From NCBI RefSeq assembly GCF_009914755.1, contig NC_060933.1: a stretch of DNA of 64,000 nt; one strand, 5' to 3'. Position numbers and translations under genes: made by a program. A model generated the notes under the pieces. It saw only the letters and a program-made list of their open reading frames with translations, had not been told where the DNA came from and did no database searches. Below are positions 56,001 through 64,000 of this stretch, piece by piece; within the stretch, counting starts at the first letter, position 1; each line of letters opens with the position of its first letter. Origin of the DNA: the human T2T-CHM13v2.0 reference genome, Homo sapiens.

Positions 56001-59000
56001 ATTCCATTCCATTCCATTCCATTGCAATCGAGTTGATTCCATTCCATTCAATTCCATTCTATTCGGGTTAATTCCATTCCATTCCATTCCATTCCATTCC
56101 ATTCCAATCGAGTTGATTCCATTCCATTCCATTCCATTCCATTCCACTCCATTCCAGTCCTTTCCATTCCATTACACTCGGGTTGATTCCATTCTATTCC
56201 TTTCCATTCCATTCCATTCCATTGCAATCGAGTTGATTCCATTGCTTTGCATTCCATTCCATTCCATTCCATTCCGGATGATTCCATTCCATTGCATTCC
56301 ATTCCAATCCATTCCCCTGCACTCGGGTTGATTCCATTCCATTCCACTCCATTCCGTTCCATTCCATTCCATTCCCTTGTATTCGGGTTAATTCCATTCC
56401 ATTCCATTCCATTCCATTCCATTCCATTCCATTCCATTACAATCGAGTTGATTCCATTCCATTCCATTGCATTCCATTCCATTCCAGTCCTTTCCATTTC
56501 ATTCCACTCGGGTTGATTCCATTCTATTAGTTTCCATTCCATTCCATTCCCTTCCATTCCACTCTGGTTGATTCCATTCCTTTCCATTCCACTCGAATAC
56601 ATTCCCTCCTATTCCACTCCATTCCATTCCTCTGCAGTCGGGTTGATTCCATTCCATTCCATTCCATTCCATTCCATTCCATTCTATTCGGGTTAATTCC
56701 ATTCCATTCCATTCCATTCCATTCCAGTTCGTTCCATTCCATTCTATTCGGTACCATTCCATTCCATTCCATTCCTTTCCATTCCATTCCATTCCACTCG
56801 TGTTGATTCCATTCCTTTCCATTCCATTCGGTTTGAAGGCGTTCCATTCCATTCAATTCCATTCCATTCTATTCCATTCCATTCCATTCCATTCCATTCC
56901 ATTCCATTCCATTGCATTCCATTTTACTCGAGTTGATTCCATTCCATTGCATTCCATTCCATTCCATTCCATTCCATTCCATTCCATTCCGTTGCATTCC
57001 ATTCCATTACAATCGGATTGATTCTATTCAACTCCCTTACTCTGCATTACATTCCATTCCCTTCGGGTTGTTCCATTCCATTCCATTCCATTCCACTCCA
57101 TTCCATTGCACTCGGGTTGATTCCATTCCATTCCATTCCATTCCATTCCATTCCATTCCGGATGATTCCATTCCATTGCATTCCGTTCCATTACATTCCC
57201 CTGCACTCGCGTTGATTCCATTCCATTCCATTCCATTCCATTCAATTCCATTCCATTGCAATTCGTTCCATTCCATTCTATTCCTTACCATTCCATTCCA
57301 TTCCATACCATTCCATTCCATTCCATTCCATTCCATTCCATTCCATTCCATTGCATTCCGTTCCATTCCATTCCATTCCATTCTATTCGGATTAATTCCA
57401 TTGCATTCCATTCCATTCCATTCTATTCCATTCCATTGCAATCGAGTTGAATCCATTGCATTTCATTCCATTCCATTCCATTCCATTCCGGAAGATTCCA
57501 TTCCATTGCATTCCATTCCATTCCATTCCCCTGCACTCGCGTTGATTCCATTCCATTCCATTCCATTCCATTCCATTCCATTCCGTTCCGTTCCGTACCA
57601 TTCCATTCCATTCCATTCCGTTCCGTTCCGTTCCATTCCATTCCATTCCATTCTATTCGGGTTAATTCCATTCCATTCCATTCGATTGCAATCGAGTTGA
57701 TTCCATTCCATTCCATTCCATTCCATTCCATTCCATTCCTTCTCATTCCATTACGGATGATTCCATTCCATTGCATTCCATTCCATTCCATTCCTCTGTA
57801 CTCGGGTTGATTCCATTCCATTCCATTCCAATCCATGCCATTCCACTCGTGTTGATTCCATTCTTTCCATTCCATTCAAGTTGAATCCATTCCATTGCAT
57901 TCCATTCCATTCGATTCCATTCGATTGCACTCGGGTTGATTCCATTCCATTGCATTCCATTCCATTCCATTCCATTCCATTCCGTTCCATTCCATTCCAT
58001 TCCATTCGGATTGATTCTATTCAATTCCCTTACACTCCATTATATTCCAATCCATTCTGGTTGTTTCCATTCCATTCCATTCCATTTCACTCCGTTCCAT
58101 TGCACTCGGGTTGATTCCATTCCATTCCATTCCATTGCATTCCATTCCATTCCATTCCGGATGATTCCATTCCATTGCATTCCATTCCATTCCATTCCGG
58201 ATGATTCCATTCCATTGCATTCCATTCCATTCCATTCCCCTGAACTCGCGTTGATTCCATTCCATTCCATTCCATTCCATTCCATTCCGGAAGATTCCAT
58301 TCCATTGCATTCCATTCCATTCCATTCCCCTGCACTCGCGTTCATTCCAATCCATTCCATTCCATTCCATTCCGTTCCGTTCCATTCCATTCCATTCCAT
58401 TCCATTCCATTCCATTCCGTTCCGTTCCGTTCCATTCCATTCCATTCCATTCTATTCGGGTTAATTCCATTCCATTCCATTCGATTGCAATCGAGTTGAT
58501 TCCATTCCATTCCATTCCATTCCATTCCATTCCATTCCATTCCATTCCTTTCCATTCCATTACGGATGATTCCATTCCATTGCATTCCATTCCATTCCAT
58601 TCCCCTGTACTCGGGTTGATTCCATTCCATTCCATTCCAATCCATGCCATTCCACTCGTGTTGATTCCATTCTTTCCATTCCATTCAAGTTGAATCCATT
58701 CCATTGCATTCCATTCCATTCGATTCCATTCGATTGCACTCGGGTTGATTCCATTCCATTGCACTCCATTCCATTCCATTTCATTCCATTCCATTCCTTT
58801 CCATTCCATTCCATTCCATTCCATTCCATTCCATTGCAATCGAGTTGATTACTTTCCATTCCTTTCCATTCCATTCCATTGCCTTGCATTGCACTCGGGT
58901 TGATTCCATTCCATTGCACTCCATTCCATTCCATTCCATTCCATTCCACTCCATTCCAGTCCTTTCCATTCCATTCCACTCGGGCTGATTCCAATGTATT

Positions 59001-60750
59001 CCTTTCCATTCCATTCCATTCCATTGCAATCGAGTTGATTCCATTGCTTTGCATTCCATTCCATTCCATTCCATTCCGGATGATTCCATTCCATTGCATT
59101 CCATTCCATTCCATTCCCCTGCACTCGGGTTGATTCCATTCCATTCCACTCCATTCCGTTCCATTCCATTCCATTCCATTGTATTCGGGTTAATTCCATT
59201 CCATTCCATTCCATTCCATTAAAATCGAGTTGATTCCATTCCGTTCCATTCCATTCCATTCCATTCCATTCCATACCAGTCCTTTCCATTCCCTTCCACT
59301 CGGGTTGATTCCATTCTATTAGTTTCCATTCCATTCCATTCCCTTCCATTCCACTCTGGTTGATTCCATTCCTTTCCATTCCACTCGAATACATTCCCTC
59401 CTATTCCACTAGGAACGATTCCATTCCATTCCATTCCATTCCATTCCATTCCATTCCATTCCATTCCATTTCGTTCCATTCCATTACACTCGGGTTGATT
59501 CCATTCCATTCCATTCCATTCCATTCCTTTCCATTCCATTCCATTACATTCGGATTGATTCCATTCAATTCCCTTACACTCCATTATATTCCATTCCATT
59601 CGGGTTGTTTACATTCCATTCCATTCCATTCCACTCCATTCCAATGAACTCGGGTTGATTCCATTCCATTCCATTCCATTCCATTCCATTCCATTCCATT
59701 CCTTTCCGGATGATTCCGTTCTATTACATTCCCCTGCACTCGGGTTGATTCCATTCCATTCCATTCGATTCCATTCCATTCCAATTCGTTCCATTCCATT
59801 CTATTCCGTACCATTCCATTCCATTCCATACCGTTCCGTTCCGTTCCGTTCCGTTCCGTTCCATTCCATTCCATTCCATTCTATTCAGGTTAATTCCATT
59901 CCATTCCATTCCATTCCATTCCATTCCATTCCATTCTATTCCATTCCATTGCAATCGAGTTGAATCCATTGCATTGCATTCCATTCCATTCCATTCCATT
60001 CCATTCCATTCCATTCCATTCCGGAAGATTCCATTCCATTGCATTCCATTCCATTCCATTCCCCTGCACTCGCGTTGATTCCATTCCATTCCATTCCATT
60101 CCATTCCGTTCCGTTCTGTTCGATTCCATTCCATTCCATTCCATTCCGTTCCGTTCCATTCCATTCCATTCCATTCTATTCGGGTTAATTCCATTCCATT
60201 CCATTCGATTGCAATCGAGTTGATTCCATTCCATTCCATTCCATTCCATTCCATTCCATTCCATTCCATTCCTTTCCATTCCATTACGGATAATTCCATA
60301 CCATTGCATTCCATTCCATTTCAATCCCCTGTACTCGGGTTGATTCCATTCCATTCCATTCCATTCCCCTGCAGTCGGGTTGATTCCATTCCATTCCATT
60401 CCATTCCATTCGATTCCATTCCATTCCAATTCTTTCCATTCCATTCCGTTCCGTTCCGTTCCGTTCCGTTGCATTCCATTCCATTCCATTCTATTCGGGT
60501 TAATTCCATTCCATTCCATTCCATTCCATTCCATTCTATTCCATTCCATTGCAATCGAGTTGAATCCATTGCATTTCATTCCATTCCATTCCTTTCCATT
60601 CCGGAATATTCCATTCCATTGCATTCCATTCCATTCCATTCCCCTGCACTCGCGTTGATTCCATTCCATTCCATTCCATTCCGTTCCGTTCCGTTCCATT
60701 CCATTCCATTCCATTCCGTTCCGTTCCATTCCATTCCATTGTATTCGGGT
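53020..60750 (+). repeat. ~7.7-kb duplicated block X, copy 3 (counterpart of copy 1 in HOR unit 2)
   Basis: Same landmarks (GGTACC 56750; ORFs 53022, 57881, 60220). Its flanks match those of copy 1. Confidence 0.9.
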
Positions 60751-63700
60751 TAATTCCATTCCATTCCATTCGATTGCAATCGAGTTGATTCCATTCCATT
60801 CCATTCCATTCCATTCCATTCCATTCCATTCCTTTCCATTCCATTACGGATGATTCCATTCCATTGCATTACATTCCATTCCATTCCCCTGTACTCGGGT
60901 TGATTCCATTCCATTCAATTCCATTCCATTCTATTCCATTCCATTCCATTCCATTCCGGAAGATTCCATTCCATTGCATTCCATTCCATTCCATTCCCCT
61001 GCACTCGCGTTGATTCCATTCCATTCCATTCCATTCCAATCCATTCCATTCCATTCCATTCCGATCCATTCCATTCCATTCCATTCCGTTCCGTTCCGTT
61101 CCGTTCCGTTCCATTCCATTCCATTCCATTCCATACTATTCGGGTTAATTCCATTCCATTCCATTCGATTGCAATCGATTTGATTCCATTAAATTCCATT
61201 CTATTCCATTCCATTCCATTCCATTCCATTCCATTCCTTTCCTTTCCATTATATTACGGATGATTCCATTCCATTGCATTCCATTCCATTCCATTCCCCT
61301 GTACTCGGGTTGATTCCATTCCATTCCATTCCAATCCATGCCATTCCACTCGTGTTGATTCCATTCTTTCCATTCCATTCAAGTTGAATCCATTCCATTG
61401 CATTCCATTCCATTCGATTCCATTTGATTGCACTCGGGTTGATTCCATGGCATTGCATTCCATTCCATTCCATTGCATTCCATTCCATTCCATTCCCCTG
61501 TACTCGGGTTGATTCCATTCCATTCCATTCCAATCCATGCCATTCCACTCATGTTGATTCCATTCTTTCCATTCCATTCAAGTTGAATCCATTCCATTGC
61601 ATTCCATTCCATTCGATTCCATTCGATTGCACGCGGGTTGATTCCTTTCCATTCTATTCCATTACATTCCATTCCATTCCCTTCCATTCCATTCTATTCG
61701 GGTTAATTCCATTCCATTCCATTCCACTCCATTCCAGTCCTTTCCATTCCATTCCACTCGGGTTGATTCTATTCTATTCCTTTCCATTCCATTCCATTCC
61801 ATTGCAATGGAGTTGATTCCATTCGAGTTGAATCCATTCCATTCCATTCCATTCCATTCCATTCCATTGCACACGGTTTCATTCCATTCCATTCCATTCC
61901 ATTCCATTTCATTCCATTCCATTCTATTCCGTACCATTCCATTCCATCCCATTCCATTCCGTTCCATTCCATGCCATTACACTCGGGTTGATTCCATTCC
62001 TTTCCATTGGATTCTTGTTGAATCCATTCCATTCCATTCCATTCCATTCGAATCCATTCCATTGCACTCGGGTTAATTCCATTCCATTCCATTCCATTTC
62101 ATTTCATTCCATTCCATTCCATTACATTCGGATTGATTCTATTCCATTCCCTTACACTCCATTACATTCCATTCCATCTGGATGTTTCCATTGCATTCCA
62201 TTCCACTCCACTCCATTCCATTGCATCAGGTTGATTGCATTCCATTCCATTCCATTCCATTCCGGATGATTCCATTCCATTGCATTCCATTCCATTCCAT
62301 TCCCCTGCACTCGGGTTGATTCCATTCCATTCCATTCCATTCCATTCCATTCCATTCCATTCCGTTCCGTTCCATTCCATTCCATTCCATTCTATTCGGG
62401 TTAATTCCATTCCATTCCTTTCGATTCCATTCCATTCCATTCCATTCCATTGCAATCGAGTTGATTCCATTCCATTCCATTCCATTCCGTTCCGGATGAT
62501 TCCATTCCATTGCATTCCATTCCATTCCATTCCTCTGTAGTCGGGTTGATTCCATTCCATTCCATTCCATTCCATTCCATTCCATTCCATTCCGTTCCAT
62601 TCCATTCCATTCCATTCTATTCGGGTTAATTCCATTCCATTCCATTCCATTCCATTCCATTCCAATCGAGTTGATTCCATTCCATTCCATTCCATTCCAT
62701 TCCACTCCATTCCAGTCCTTTCCATTCCATTCCACTCGGGTTGATTCCAATGTATTCCTTTCCATTCCATTCCATTCCATTGCAATCGAGTTGATTCCAT
62801 TGCTTTGCATTCCATTCCATTCCATTCCATTCCGGATGATTCCATTTCATTACATTCCATTCCATTCCATTCCCCTGCACTCGGGTTGATTCCATTCCAT
62901 TCCACTCCATTCCGTTCCATTCCATTCCATTCCATTGTATTCGGGTTAGTTCCATTCCATTCCATTCCATTCCATTACAATCGAGTTGATTCCATTCCAT
63001 TCCATTCCATTCCAGTCCTTTCCATTCCATTCCACTCGGGTTGATTCCATTCTATTAGTTTCCATTCCATTCCATTCCCTTCCATTCCACTCTGGTTGAT
63101 TCCATTCCTTTCCATTCCACTCGAATACATTCCTTCCTTTTCCGCTCGGAAGGATTCCATTCCATTCCATTCCATTCCATTCCATTACATTACATTTCGT
63201 TCCATTCCTTTCTATTCCGTATCATTCCATTCCATTCCATTCCATTCCATTCCATTCCATTGTACTCGGGTTGATTCCATTCCATTGCATTCCATTCCAT
63301 TCCATTCCATTCCATTCCGTTGCATTCCATTCCATTACATTCGGATTGATTCTATTCAACTCTCTTACTCTCCATTACATTCCATTCCATTCGGGTTGTT
63401 CCATTCCATTCCATTCCATTCCACTCCATTCCATTGCACTCGGGTAGATTCCATTCCATTCCATTCCATTCCATTCCATTCCATTCCATTCCGGATGATT
63501 CCATTCCATTGCATTCCGTTCCATTACATTCCCCTGCGCTCGCGATGATTCCATTCCATTCCATTCCATTCCATTCCATTCCATTCCGTTCCGTTCCATT
63601 CCATTCCATTCCATTCCATTCCATTCCGTTCCGTTCCATTCCATTCCATTCTATTCGGGTTAATTCCATTCCATTCCATTCGATTGCAATCGAGTTGATT

Positions 63701-64000
63701 CCATTCCATTCCATTCAATTCCATTCCATTCCATTCCATTCCATTCCTTTCCATTCCATTACTGATGATTCCATTCCATTGCATTCCATTCCATTCCATT
63801 CCCCTGTACTCGGGTTGATTCCATTCCATTCCATTCCAATCCATACGATTCCACTCGTGTTGATTCCATTCTTTCCATTCCATTCAAGTTGAATCCATTC
63901 CATTGCATTCCATTCCATTCGATTCCATTCGATTGCACTCGGGTTGCTTCCATTCCATTGCATTCCATTCCATTCCATTCCATTCCATTCCATTCCATTC

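Larger units (their letters stand above)
1..64000 (+). repeat. Satellite III (HSat3) pentamer array, (CATTC)n on + strand / (GGAAT)n on - strand, pericentromeric heterochromatin type
   Basis: Seen: CATTC tandem pentamers from the first to the last base, broken every ~20-80 bp by stereotyped variants (ACTCGGGTTGATT, ATCGAGTTGATT, TTCGGGTTAATT, CCGGATGATT). Established: long pure CATTC runs with CAACCCGAGT-type decamers characterise HSat3, whereas HSat2 is dominated by CATTCGATTC/GATGAT-type degenerate units. The subfamily or chromosome (chr9-like) is an inference with lower confidence. Confidence 0.97.
35991..64000 (+). repeat. ~36-kb higher-order repeat, unit 2 (partial, corresponds to ~1-27,890 of unit 1)
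   Basis: Colinear with unit 1 at an offset drifting 35,985-36,119 (e.g. ORFs 11352/47362, 16408/52527, 27601/63715). Confidence 0.95.

Noticed and set aside
1-64000. CRISPR-like pattern of recurring motifs separated by variable stretches
   Set aside because: The intervening sequence is pentamer repeat rather than unique spacers, spacing is irregular, and there are no cas genes or leader.
1-64000. Embedded transposon (Alu/L1/LTR), unique island or strand inversion
   Set aside because: I saw no non-satellite stretch longer than ~30 bp, no poly(A) tail or target-site duplication, and no switch to GGAAT on the + strand.
1-64000. Assignment to HSat2, DYZ1, alpha satellite or telomeric repeat
   Set aside because: Pure CATTC runs with ACTCGGGTTG dominate. 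There is no regular ~3.5-kb or 171-bp period, CENP-B box or TTAGGG.
1-64000. Canonical G-quadruplex or i-motif array
   Set aside because: Tracts are mostly GG/CC with isolated CCCC, not four closely spaced G3 runs. Non-canonical (GGAAT)n fold-backs are generic to this satellite and cannot be assessed here.

Overview
The whole 64-kb window is one uninterrupted, single-orientation tandem array of the (CATTC)n/(GGAAT)n pentamer satellite. Interspersed variant motifs (ACTCGGGTTG = reverse complement of CAACCCGAGT, ATCGAGTTG, TTCGGGTTAA, CCGGA(T/A)GA) identify it as primate, most likely human, classical Satellite III (HSat3). The CAACCCGAGT-rich type is the one classically described at 9q12, but the chromosome cannot be proven from this window. 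I see no genes, RNA genes, transposons or CRISPR arrays, and every ORF in the track is a translation of the pentamer. The information is in the architecture. (1) A ~36.0-kb higher-order repeat is present in ~1.8 near-identical copies. (2) A ~7.7-kb block is present twice per unit, at alternating ~14.2 and ~21.8-kb spacing. (3) Older ~2.6-kb, ~2.2-kb and smaller duplications are visible, some with mappable junctions. (4) One unit carries a private 109-bp insertion. (5) About 24 perfect three-unit heat-shock elements (aTTCcgGAAgaTTCc) per unit are unevenly distributed, with ~3.5-kb gaps. (6) A recurrent perfect 14-bp palindrome occurs in an otherwise strand-asymmetric array. All counts and boundaries were made by eye, using the ORF track as an alignment aid, and are approximate. 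I found no new protein-coding system.
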